Source: Lytechinus pictus (lineage: Eukaryota). From it: 64,000 nt of DNA. Positions 13,072-25,249 of the stretch are shown here, in pieces (position 1 is the stretch's first letter; each line of letters begins with the position of its first letter). The notes below the pieces were generated by a model. That model was not told where the DNA came from. It did not search any database and saw only the letters and a program-made list of their open reading frames with translations. The position numbers were made by a program, and so were the translations under genes. The stretch covers positions 7,380,001 to 7,444,000 of the forward strand of contig NC_087245.1 in the NCBI RefSeq assembly GCF_037042905.1, written 5' to 3'.

Positions 13072-13414
13072 GGGTCTACATTCATTTAGTCTAATGCAAT
13101 TCTGTCCATTAACTTTTCGCCTAATAACCATATGGTCCAATAACCATTTGGTCCAGTCATCACTTCGTCTAATAACCAGTTCGTCTATGACCATTTCGTC
13201 TCATAACTAGTTGGTCTAATATCAATTTTATTTTCCTTAATTTCGCCCAATTAACACTTAGTTCAATTAGACCAAATGGCATATGGAATAAATGGCAATT
13301 GGACCAACTTGGTTATTAGACGAAATGGCAGTTAGACCATGTGGATAGTGGACAAACTGATGGTAGACTAAATGATAGCAGACGAGTTGGCATTAGACCA
13401 ATTGAAAATAAACC
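13072..13414. mobile_element. Short palindromic MITE with internal ~20-bp GTCTAAT/ATTAGAC repeats
   Basis: Left half (ttggtcc, cgtctaat) mirrors right half (attagacc, gacgaaatgg); related partial copy at ~29535-29980. Confidence 0.55.
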
Positions 13415-13686
13415 ATTGAAACGACAGAACGATGTCCACTGCTATCCATATGCATAGGCGGATCCAGGGGGGGGGGCGCCCCCCCCCCCTATTGGCGGAG
13501 CAAAAAAAGGGTCTAAATCTAAACACGCGCACGCATGTTTATTCAGATACGCAGTTTGTTTCGGGGGTACTCCGGGCTGAAAATATTTATATCAAATACA
13601 TTTTATCAAAATAAATAAAAAGTTTAGCAATATTTTATGAAAATGGTGATATGCATGTCGTCATGAATATTTAATAGGTGGGTTGA

Positions 13687-14017
13687 GATGGGCGGAAATC
13701 TGTTCCCAAAGGTAGGGGGGACCAGGGCCTGGATTTGACAAGCAAAAAAAGGGTTATTATCACCCTAAATGTAAGGTCATTTCAACTCTAACAAAATTTG
13801 ACAAGCCCCCCCCCCCCCCCCCCGAAAAAAAAAGTTTTCACCCAAAATGTAAGGTCATTTAGTCCAAAATACATGTTTTATTTCGATTGTGAAGTGATGT
13901 ATTTTTCTCTATCATGAAAGACCAAAAATAGTAGGGGGGACATTTGATATTGTGTCCCCCTACTATTTTTGGTAGGGGGGACACGTCCCCCTGTCCCCTC
14001 TGGGATTTCCGCCCATG
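13687..14017. mobile_element. hAT-like MITE
   Basis: TIR ATGGGCGGAAATC / GATTTCCGCCCAT; 8-bp TSD TGGGTTGA; second copy at 59347-59681. Confidence 0.8.
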
Positions 14018-14459
14018 TGGGTTGAAGATGTCACATCCCCACGACTATCCTGTTTCTTGTGTTATTACATGGAATCAAAATTGTTTCATTTTTTTCATAC
14101 CAGTGTGAATGATATGTCTCCCTTATAATGAAATAAGTTGCAGCAAAGAATATGTAATGGACTAAATCAGTTGTCAATTCAAGTGTTTTTGGTTCTTGAA
14201 GGGGAAATATTGAATAATCCTAATTCTATATAATAAAATACAAAAGAACAAGTGGGGATATGACATCATCAATTTGCTCATTGAATATTAATGAAGACAT
14301 GCTTAAAACTGTTTCACCGGAATAATGCTAATATTTAAAATGCAATAACTTTGATATTCCTTGTCGGATTTTGATCAAATCTTTCTTCTTATATTCGTCT
14401 GATTTTACTTTATCTGTTCAAACCATATTACATTCAGTGCGGCGTTTCAGATCAGAATA

Positions 14460-15200
14460 TCAAAAAACTTCTGCTCGCGCTCCGCGCTCACATTATTAAT
14501 CCAAGAATATATCCAATTACCCATCATTTTCTTGAATTACAAAACATGAATAGAATGTCCCGTTTATAGGTCTGAAATCTCAATTTTGTTTCCGCTCGCG
14601 CTTTGCGCTCGCATCAATTGTATAGTTATATACCTATCCTTTTAATGATTAGAAAAGTGCTTAAGATGTCCCGTTTTTAGGTCTGAAATCTCATTTTTAT
14701 TTCCGCTCGTGCTTCGCGCTCGCATCAATTGTATAGTTATATACCTATCCTCTTCATGATTAGAAAAGTGCTTAGAATGTCTCGTTTTTTTGTCTGAAAT
14801 CTCAAATTTGCTTCCGCTCGCGCTTCGTGCTCACATCAATTGTATAGTTATATACATATCCTGTTCATGATTACAAAATGTGCTTAGAATGTCCAGTATT
14901 TATGTCGGAATTTCAAATTTTTCAGCTCGCGCTTCGCGCTCGCATTATTTGATTGTTGATATATGTATCGTCTTAATGGGTTACTGCAAACAGTCCTTAT
15001 AACACGTCCCTTTCGATCAGGCCAGAGCGTATATCTGCTCGCGCTGATCACGTTCGCAGTTATATTTTTTGTTACATACGCATCTTGTTCAGGACCACAA
15101 ACATTGCTCAAAATGTTCAATTTTCAGGACAAAATACATGAAATTCCCCCCCCAAAAAAAAATAGCTCGCGCTTCGCGCTCGAGTTATCTAATTATATCT
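14460..15200 (-). repeat. ~120-bp tandem array (GCTCGCGCTTCGCGCTCGC core)
   Basis: Near-identical units at ~14590, 14705, 14815 and 14925. Confidence 0.85.
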
Positions 15201-16185
15201 ATGTTCTTTTATAAGAAGAAAGCTAAGAAATGACTGTCGTATATATGTGTGTGTGTGTGTGTGTGAGGGTGTGTGTGGTAATTTTTGTAATTTTTTTTGT
15301 ATTTATCTGGAGTTTATGTAATTCATTTGAATGAAATCCTTAATAAAAACATGTTGAAAAAAAAGTGGTGCCCTTAGAGGTGTGCGTGTGTGTGTAATTA
15401 TGGAAAACTCAATTGTGTCCCCACCCCCCCCCCCCAATCGTTCCCAGGTCTCTGCTCTGACCCCCAGATGACGTATTTATTATGAAATGTTGATCTTTTG
15501 TTATTGATTATAAAAATAGACAAATAAAATGTGAACATTTTAAATAATGCAATTTTCTGTTATTGTGAAGTCAAAGGCGACTTATAGGCTTATTTTGTTT
15601 ATTTGCAATCAAACGAGTTCCGTACACTCTAAAAAGGGACCGTGGTCAAAATGAAAATTCTTTTGGCTAATATGGGATAATATAAACAAATTGTTGATTT
15701 CTCTGTCGGACACAACAAAGAGAATGGTATTTTTGACCAATCCTTTTTACAGGCTACTATTTCTGGGCGATATGACGCGGCCTATATTGTCATAAACATG
15801 TAGATAGTAAAGAATAAAAATTCTACACTATCTATAAAAATTCTACTATCTACAAGAATATTTTTATTAGGAGACTGCACTCTACAAGCTCTGCTTTTTT
15901 AGCAGCCTCCTCCATTCCCAACCTGATTATATGAAGTTATAATTATTTACATAGAAATTTGCTATTATGTTTAATACCTGCATTAATTTGTAAACTGATT
16001 AAAATGAACGAAACAAATTGTAAATGTTGGAATTGAAATGAACGAAATGAAATGAAACATGTAAGCGCCCCCCCCCCCCCCAAAAAAAAAAAACACACAA
16101 ACAAACAAAACGAATTAAAAAAAAATCCGAATATAATCATTCTATTTGAATGCAAATAGGCCTAATGACAAAGTGGACTACTTAC

Positions 16186-16752
16186 CTGATGCAACTTATT
16201 GCTTGAAGTAAGTCTGAATCCCACTGCTGTGTTGATCACAAATAACAATGATACGGCCTTCTAGTATCAATTGATTTAGACCAAAAGCTTCAGTCTCTGT
16301 ATTTTGGTTGTTCCGCTGAACTGCGTTGGCTCCACTCACCATACATAATGGTGAGTTAATGGGGATTAAAGTAAAATGTCAGAAATTGTTTAATAAATCC
16401 CCAGAAACGACGGTTATTCCTGTCTACAATTGATTATACTTTCGATAATCATGAAATAAACTTGAAACTTTTGTATTCTGTGATCATGATAGGTTGGTCA
16501 TGGAGTCAGAAAATCCCGTCCAAAAGACTTGGAATGGTAAGATGATTCTGCTATGTGCACTGATCAACCATATTATATTGGCGGGAACCAAACCTAGTGC
16601 GTGTTCTCTATCAGAGAACAACGATGATAATAACGACGATATAGACAAAGACACGAAACCCCGTATACAGAATCATACAAGCTGCCAGCACACTACCATA
16701 ATATATGTAGTTGTATTTTGTGCCGTGTGTTCCACACAGCCTTGCTTCAAAT
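16186..16752 (-). other. Probable non-coding first exon of the zinc-finger gene
   Basis: Consensus donor CAG|GTAAGT on the minus strand at 16186/16185, ending a non-repetitive stretch; the 5' boundary is inferred from core-promoter motifs. Confidence 0.5.
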
Positions 16753-16900
16753 GATTTTAACGACGGTGTGAGCTATAAATAGCGTGCATGATGATAGCGA
16801 TGATAATGATGATGACGATAATGGCTGTGAGTCACTGAATAACAGGCGCCCGCTCGGCGGAGGCAAATGAGCCAATCGAGGCCGGGTGGTAACACAGGAC
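16749..16900 (-). promoter_or_regulatory. Candidate core promoter of the zinc-finger gene
   Basis: Minus-strand TCATTT Inr-like motif (16749-16754); TATTTATA starting 29 nt upstream (16774-16781); CCAAT at ~16872 within a GC-rich patch. Confidence 0.4.
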
Positions 16901-19900
16901 GGTTTAAAGGGTTTAGGTTAGTTTAAATTTTGAATGATCACAAAATATCAACATATATCAGAAGTGAATGTTCTTGTCGATATCAAAATATAATTTCCTT
17001 CTAATTCTTTGTCGCCCCACCCCGCTCCCCCTCCCCCTCTCTCTCCCTCCCCCTCTCTCGCTCTCTTTTCCATTTTGCCTGCTATAATGACATAAAAATG
17101 AAGTCAACCAATACTAGTATTCCATAAATAATAAACAAAAATTAGCTAAAATCAAGTAAAGTTTCTTCCATCTGATTTCATCAAACACGTCTATGTCTAG
17201 GGCTTAATATTATTATTACAATCATTACCGTGATACTGATAGTATAGGCCAAACTGTCGGTATACCCATTGTATTAGAGTAGTAGGTCCATGGTATATCG
17301 AATGTTCGGGGATTGGTTCAGTGTACCTTTAAACGGATAATGACGATGCTGATGATGATGACTATGCCGAGGCTTAATGACGATCGCCATGCCAAGTGAT
17401 GATTGATGATAATGGTGCGCGTTGCTATGCAACGGACTTATCGCCTGCACCACTCCACAATAATGGATCGTTAGGCTCAGAATGAGGGAAGAGAAAAGGG
17501 GCATTTGCACCTCTTTTATATACTTCTTGCTCTTTTGATACATGGTAATAGTAAATTATCATTTATAGATAAGGCTACATAATATAGTCTAAAAACTGAA
17601 AGTTAAATCGTCATTTGAAACAACAAAATAGAAACAGGAATATCGTTTATCTACAAAAAGTACTTTTTTAAGTCAAGTCCACCCGAACTGAAATATCAGA
17701 ATTCAGGCCCTATAGAGAAAATGTATTTATTGCTTATTTTGAGACAATAATGTTCCATTCTCTAAATTTCTTTTGTATTTCATTATTCAAAATTATACAA
17801 TACTTAAATTTGCGCATATTTTACAATTAGCAAGTTAAAATGGGAACTCCACATGTTCAAATAGGAATCAAACCTTATTATAAGAAGAAAATAGAAATAT
17901 TTCATACTCCATAGGTTCATAATATGATAAAATACAAACAAACTTGTTTGCTTAGTCAGTCAGTAGGCAGCCCCCCCCCCCCCTATGCGGCCGGGCTTAA
18001 TCTTTCATACCCGTGATATTCATGACTATGAGAGGTTTTGCATATCTAATGAGCTTGATGCGAATCAAAACACCTCTTTTAATTCGGTCATTGCTGCTCT
18101 ATATGCATCAAATTTCATGATTTTGGCATACCGAGCAATATGTGCATGTTTGGGGATATTAAGCGAAAATTTCAAATGGCATAACCTTTCATTGAACATC
18201 GTCACTCAGCTCAACCCAAACAAAAAGTCAATTTGAATAAATACAGAAAAACAGAGGAGCGTAACACTAAAATGTCATCAAATCGGAACCAAGAAAGTTA
18301 TGACTTTTTTATTTTATTTTATTTATTTTTTTGTGTGAAAAAGCCGATGAACACATTCGCTGTATTCTTTATATTTCATCATTGGAAACGTTGGCTCTCA
18401 TGACAGATGGGTATTTTTGAAGACCATCGTCATTAAAATGTCATTATTGGTCTGAAACTAGTATGACTGAAAGTTTCGGGAAGACTTTCTATTGCGTAAT
18501 CTTATATAAAAACAAACAAAGTTTTTATTTCTCTTTTATTAAATACATAAGGTGAAATATAAGAAATCAATGTGAAATTGATTAATGTCTAGACTTATAT
18601 CATGAACAAAATTTATGAACAAAACGATGTAAAAGAAAGGTATGAAGATTATTGTGAGTAATTAAGTCCTTTATAGCCTGCCAAGATTATAATCCCAAAT
18701 ATGAGTAATAAGAAATATTTATAGGCCCTACAACAAACTAAATAGAGAATATAGCAAATTTTGATTTATATAGTAAAGATGCACTCGGAACAATATGAGG
18801 GCCATGTTCAGGCTGATATAATCTCTCTCAATAAAACTTTCAGAAATCTTGTTTGCATCATCAATTTACGATCTGCAATTTTGACTAAACGTATTTTATG
18901 AACATCACTGAAGTCTATAGTTTGGAACGTTTTGGGAAACATTATAGAAAAAAGGAGTAGGCCCTATTATTAATTCTTAATTTGCAACGACAATGAATAT
19001 CTCATAGTCGCAGAACATAATGGTTTTGTTTTGGTTTTTTGGTGGGATTTGATATTTGTGGAAAAATGAGAAACTGAAATAATTGCAACTTCTGTATACA
19101 TTACTCTTTAAAATATTGAAGCAACAATTGAATAGGAACGAAAGCTTTATCACAAATCCACCTCCCCCGATAGATATCTCCTGCAAATGCCCCTAACCAC
19201 ATCGTCATTACTGTTCTGCACAAATGGCAAAGTGATTACGATGCTGATAATGATGATTGCGTCGTTGTTTGGTTGAGTATAGCGGGATGGTGATTATCTG
19301 TGCCAAAGCGATACAAACAACACTACATGAGCAGGCAGGAAATAAATGTACATGGGCTATAATGCAGCTTTGAAAGCAACATTGCACTTTTGTATAGGGC
19401 TATATAGATATAAAACGATCCACGATAGCTCCATGATGAGAACAGGTTTGCTTTTAAAAATGAAAATAGTAAAATCAAAAGCAGCAATACAATCGCCATG
19501 TTTTTATATATGATTTATTATTATTATTATTCTCATCCTAATACAGCAAAACATTCGTGAAAATACGATTTAAATAACAATTATATTCCTAATTGCAAGA
19601 AACATAAAAAAACGATTGAAAGATTACAAAGTTAGGATATTTTGAAATCTCTGCATTTAAATTTGTAAAACAATTATTCAAAGATGCAATGATATGCATT
19701 GGTGAGATGATGTTTGCATAGGGAACTGTATGAAAGCAAGTTACAGCATGGGTCCATGGTTAACATTCCATATTGAGATGAGAGAGAGTGCATGGAGATC
19801 GAGGTAAAGAAATCGAGAAGGGTGAGGAGATAAAAAGGGAAAAGGAGAGAGAAAGAAGGACGTGTATGATAGACTCATTATAAAGAGAGGGTGAAGCTAA

Positions 19901-21495
19901 ATATTTCATATACAAAATAAAATAGTAAGTGTGTGACGTCATCGGTTCCATCATTTGCTTACCGACCAGGATGTGCTTTTAACTGTTTTGTGAAATTAAC
20001 CGAAACTTAAAAATGTCATAGCTCTACATCCCGATTTTGATGAAATTTTCAGTGTTATGCTTTTGTTGGATTTTCACTTTTTATTCAAATCATTTGTTGG
20101 GGTTTGGACTGGTCCTTTGTGTGATGTTTTCTTGGCATCTAACACAATGGAGACCATAATAAACTTTGGCAGTTCACAATAACGTATTTTTAAATCCATT
20201 AACAGTTTAAATTAGGACAAGTCCACCCCAACAAAAAGTTTATTTGAATAAAAAGAAAAAAATTCAATAAGCATAACATTGAAAATTTCATCAAAATCGG
20301 CTGTAAAATAAGAAAGTTATGACATTTTAAAGTTTTGCCTAATTTCACAAAACAGTTATATGCACATCCTGGGTGTTATGCAAATGAGGAGACTATGGCG
20401 TCATCCACTCACTATTTCTTTTGTATTTTATTATATGAAATATTTTAAGTTTCTCCTCATTGTCAAGTGAAACAACGATCAGCATGATCAGGGGCGTAAC
20501 AGGGGTCGGTGGCAAGAGCCAAAAATTTCCCGGTCATATGGTATGAACAGGTAATGATGTAATGAGGCAAAAATTTTGAGGGAGCCAGATATTGCGTACC
20601 AGACAGAATTTATCTTTTTTTAAAGCTGCGAGCGAGCGAAGCGAGCGAGCAAAAAAAAAATGACAATTTCATTACAAAAATCAAATTTTGTGATAGATTT
20701 TGACATAATATTCAGAAAATAATATCATATTTCACCCTTCTCTTGTTCCTTTTCTTTTTTTTTTGGTCTGTACGCCACTGTGAACAGGATTGTGCGCGAA
20801 AAAGAGAGGCACAGTATGGCGCATGTGCCAAAAAGCTGCTTAACATAATTTATGTCCCGAGCGAGCGAAGCAAGCGAGAAAAAAATAACCTTTCATATCT
20901 TACACTTTTTCTTTTTTGTTCTTGGTTGTAGAACTTTTGGGGGCCATGGCCCAACCATTCCATCTGTACGCCAGTGCTATACAGGATGGGTCCGGGGCGG
21001 AGACCTCTTAATATCAAAGCCACTTTAAACATTACAGATTGTCGCTATTTTTAATCAAATCGCGGGTATGTACAGTATATAGCTTTTACACAACATATCA
21101 ATTCAACGCAGTTCCGCAATGAACCAAACATTTTGAAGGGACACAACATAGCAATGTGGGAAAATTTGTAAAAAGTCGCCAGCGAGCGAAGCGGGCCGGA
21201 AAATTTTGACCTTTTGAAATGAAATTCAAATTATGTAGCAAATTTTTCCATTATGTTGAGCAAATAACCTATATTCCATTGTTTTCCATATTACGTTACC
21301 TCCTATATTTTCTTTTATTTTCTTTTTTTTTCTTTTGGTATATCTTTTATGATTGTGTAATATGATTATCGGTTGGTTGTAATTTTTTGCTTTTATTTCA
21401 TTTTTATAATATTGTAATTTGCCTTTGTTTATACTGTGCACTGGATTTTTCAGTCTTTGGACTGTTTTGCCAGTTTTCTTATTGAATAAATACCA

Positions 21496-21527
<32 letters not shown>

Positions 21528-21592
21528 ATTTCGCCTTGGGTGTGGAACCAAGCCCCCCCCCCCCTGTACGCCAGTGATTGAACGTAAAGCTT

Positions 21593-21683
21593 TTATTTAT
21601 TTTTTTATTCATTACGTCTTATTTTACCAGGGTGACTCTGTCAGTGGTTCAGACACTGTTATACTTATAGGCCCTGGTAATGT
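21593..21683 (-). mobile_element. Short 5'-truncated SINE/LINE 3' end
   Basis: Absent from the homologous copy at ~26925; flanked by an AGCTT duplication; small CAGTG/CACTG hairpin and an A-rich tail on the minus strand. Confidence 0.5.
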
Positions 21684-21958
21684 AGCTTAAAGGGGAATCC
21701 AACCCAAATAAAAACTTGTTTTTATAAGAAAGAGAAAAATCAGACAAGTTGATAGGTGAAAGTTTGAACAATATTGGACAAACAACAAGAAAGTTATGAA
21801 TTTTGAAAATATGTAAATATTGGTAATCACTATACTCATGGAGACTTCAAATTGGCCGCATATGGGATGTCATAGTGATGTAAGGCAAGGACTATACTAA
21901 AATGTAATTTTTCCCAAAAGTTTTATTTCAAATTATATTTTTCTTTCATGAGGACATT

Positions 21959-23806
21959 TTTTTTTCTATTTATCCTCAATTGAGGTACTTTATTGTCCAT
22001 AAAAATATCAAAAGATACAAGTTTTTACATCAACAAAATTCATATCGTATCACACAACAATATTTTACAAAAAGTACAACAAATACAGTAAAATATGTTA
22101 CTTACACCACCAGTCACAATTCCTCGGCCCGCTGTCACCCGTCGAGAACCAGAGAACAATAGATTCAGTGGACTGAATCCATTGTTCTCCGGCTCCAACA
22201 TCAGGCCAGCCAACAGCGAACCCCAAAAACCGTGACTGGTAGTGTATTCACTCAAAGTAAAAACGCATCTTTTGCAACTCATTTTCATTAAATCTTTTCT
22301 GATTATACTTCAAACTTATGTGAAATCTTATTTCTGCTTTCAAATCTTTCAATAGATAGTTTCCATGTAACACATGTTTCTTTTTATCATTACATTCTTT
22401 GACATAATATACAGTATATTGGGCATAATTAAGGATGAAATTGACGAGTTTTGTTTTTCGGTTGCCTATATCATATCCTATAATAATCGTTTTTTCATTA
22501 ATGTCAATAGCAAGGTCAAAAATATTCCGAATAAGACACGAAACTATTTTCCAAAATATCCTGACTTTTTTGCATGTCAATAAAAAATGACATATAGTTT
22601 CCTTGCAAGTACGACATAAATTATCATTCGAAATTCCCCATTTGCATAAATTGTCTTTACTGGACAATATTCTGTGAAAAAGTTTCAAATTGAATTGTTT
22701 TATTTTATTGTCATTAATTTGCTGAAATTTGAATTTAAATACTTCACTCCAATTAAATTCGTTTGATAAGTCTAAACGATCTTGCCAAAAATGTAAACAA
22801 ACGGGTTCTTCTTTATATTTATCCACGAACAAACTATGATAGTGTTTAGCTGACATTTTCTCGACATTAATTGAGTCACCTGTTGCTAACTCAATCACAT
22901 TTGGTTCTTCTATTTGTAGCCGTTGTGGGGTTCTTGTATTACGTAATTTCTCTAACCAGAAGTGTGGGAATGCCTTTTTGAGTTTTGACAATTCGAAAGA
23001 AGTAAGCAATTGTCTGCGTTTAAAATAGTTGCTAATACATGAAAAATCTTTCCAATTCCCATCTTTTATAATCTGTCCCACTTTATAAATCCCCTCTTTG
23101 ATCCAGTTTTGAAAAAATAACGTTTCTTTCTCATGTTTTATATTGCTATTATACCAGATGATTTCTTGGTTTATATCGAAAACATTAAACATGTGAATAT
23201 ACTTTATTTCAGACCACGATCTAAAAAGGTCAATGTAAAACACAGGTAATTGTTTTCTTTTGCATATTCTTATTATATCATTTTTTGGCAGTTAAATCTC
23301 AAACACATATGAATGACAGAAATTTTACTGATCCGATAATTGAATAAAATTTTCCATGGTGTTTTTTCACCTGAGATATATTTTTGAATCCATGATAAAC
23401 GAAGAGAAAAACATTTGTAAAGTAAATTGACCATTCTAAGGCCTCCTTCTATTTCAGAATTACAGCATACATTTCGATTGACCTTTTCAGCTTTGGAATT
23501 CCATAAAAAAGAGTATGTCAATCTATTTACCAATTTAATTATTTTCAAGGGTACTGGGACTGCTGTTGCTGTATATACTAATTGAGAAGTGACTAAATGC
23601 TTTATGACAGTCACCTTCCCATACAAAGTTAGTTTTCGCATTTTCCATAAGTCTAAAGTACTTTTTATTTTCTTCACTTTACCTTCCCAATTTAAGTTTT
23701 CAACTTCTCTATGAAATTTTCCAACATAAACCCCGACACATTTTAGAGCATTTTCTGTAAATTCTAATTCCTCAGTGTTTTGGACATTGATATTTAATCT
23801 CATGGA
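21959..23806 (-). mobile_element. 5'-truncated L1/Tx1-clade LINE (ORF2 C-terminal part, frameshifted)
   Basis: 16-bp TSD CTTTCATGAGGACATT (21943-21958, 23807-23822); short poly(A); ORF pieces 23273-23803 (WKMRKLTLYGKVTVIK, EGGLRMVNL) and 22248-23243 with a CCHC-like knuckle CRTCKETICHFLLTC. Confidence 0.92.
22103..22246 (-). other. Long G.U-rich RNA hairpin in the LINE 3' UTR
   Basis: Arms TACACTACCAGTCACGG...GAGAACAATGGATTCAGT and ACTGAATCTATTGTTCTC...TTGTGACTGGTGGTGTA pair over almost their whole length. Confidence 0.8.
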
Positions 23807-25249
23807 CTTTCATGAGGACATTAAACAATATACTACCTGGTTTTTATTTAGATTACTGCCCCAGGGGAATGAGTACTTGGGAGAAAACCACACATCCCTG
23901 ATAATAAAGTACATGGCCTATGGGAAAGTTGTCCTTGCCCCTTGTCATAATTTACTTACCCAGTTGCCAATTTGAAATCTACATACTATTAGTGATCTCA
24001 ATTTTAAAGCAGCTATAACTTTCTTATTGCTTGTCCGATTTCTTTCAAACTTTCACCATTCTTTTTAATTTGTTTTTCTCCTTCCCAACAAAACATTTTA
24101 TGGCCAAGGCTGGATTCCCCTTTAATGTAGGAAGTGTCCATACAAGGGGGCGTTATAGAGCCCTTTGAAAGTTACAGATGAAGCCCCTACTGAGTGGGGT
24201 CTGGGGCAAAGCCCCCGGTAGCTTTGGAGATTTAGCTGAAGTAATGATTGCGACCGTAATTATTGCATAAAATTTAGAAAGCTTATAACACAATTTTGTA
24301 TGCAGTCTATCTTTCTTCCCGTTCTTTATTTTAATCCTCGACAGCCTGGCCGTGTTATTAAGTTCTTTCTTCTTCTTTTTTTCTTGTCCCTTTTCTTTGT
24401 TTTCCAATTTGCTTTTGGCTCATTCCATTCTACCTTCATTTCCCGCTTTTTTTGCCATTTTGCCATCTTTTAATTCATTTCCCATTCTTAATCATGCTAA
24501 TGTATTAGTAGGGCTATTTCGGAATGGTTTGTTCTTTCTCACATGTTCTTCTTTCGTTCCTTTTCCCGCTTTCCTTCTGTTTTCCATTTTTGCATGTTTT
24601 TTCTTAGTTTTCTTTTTACTTTTTCCCTTTCCCTTTCTTTCTTTCTCCCTCCCTTTCTCTTTTTCCCGTTTTTTTTATTTTGGGTGAAATCCGCCAGGGG
24701 GGGCAGCCTGCCCCGCCTGTTACACCACTGACAACGATTAATTCTTCCCTGAACCTGTGGAATTCAGGTTGGTCCTTATTGTCAAATATGTAAAAAATGA
24801 AAAAATAATCAATAATTTAAACAATAAAAATCAAAAGAAAAAGTGAGTGAAGGACGTCATCGACTGACTCATTTGCATTTCACTAAATTGTGCATATCAC
24901 TGTTTTGTAAAAAAATAAGCGAAACTTTAAAATGTCATAACTTTCTTATTTTACATCCGATTTTAATGAAAATTTCAGTGTTATGCTAGTTTGATTTATT
25001 CAAATCAACATTAACCTGGGGTGGACTTGACCTTTGATAGACATGCAGTTATATCCAGAGCTATCATGTTTTTGGTTATAAATTTAATAAGTAACCAGAA
25101 AAATTCCATCTACAGATTACCTATTTTATTATAAATGATATGGTAATCAAGCTTCATACTTGTTGCGATACTTTTCATGATGGAATAATCGCGTAGACAG
25201 AAACATATATATCTTTTTTTTTTAATATCTAACTGAAATTTTTAATGTA

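Larger units (their letters stand above)
21691..24121. mobile_element. Kolobok-like MITE interrupted by a LINE
   Basis: TTAA-AGGGGAATCCA ... TGGATTCCCCT-TTAA. Confidence 0.8.
20480..24730. mobile_element. hAT-like composite non-autonomous element (CAGGGGCGTAAC...GTTACACCACTG)
   Basis: 8-bp TSD ACAACGAT (20472-20479, 24731-24738); homologous uninterrupted copy in inverted orientation at ~26308-27830. Confidence 0.7.
20214..25033. mobile_element. Kolobok-like MITE split by nested insertions
   Basis: Ends AGGACAAGTCCACCCCA / TGGGGTGGACTTGACCT; a short copy with TTAA TSDs lies at 60179-60388. Confidence 0.7.

Noticed and set aside
22040..22288. 82-aa ORF across the LINE 3' UTR, and a SECIS interpretation of UGA plus hairpin
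   Set aside because: The ORF has no recognisable motif; the hairpin lacks an evident SECIS core with an apical AA loop, and the TGA is at the expected ORF2 end
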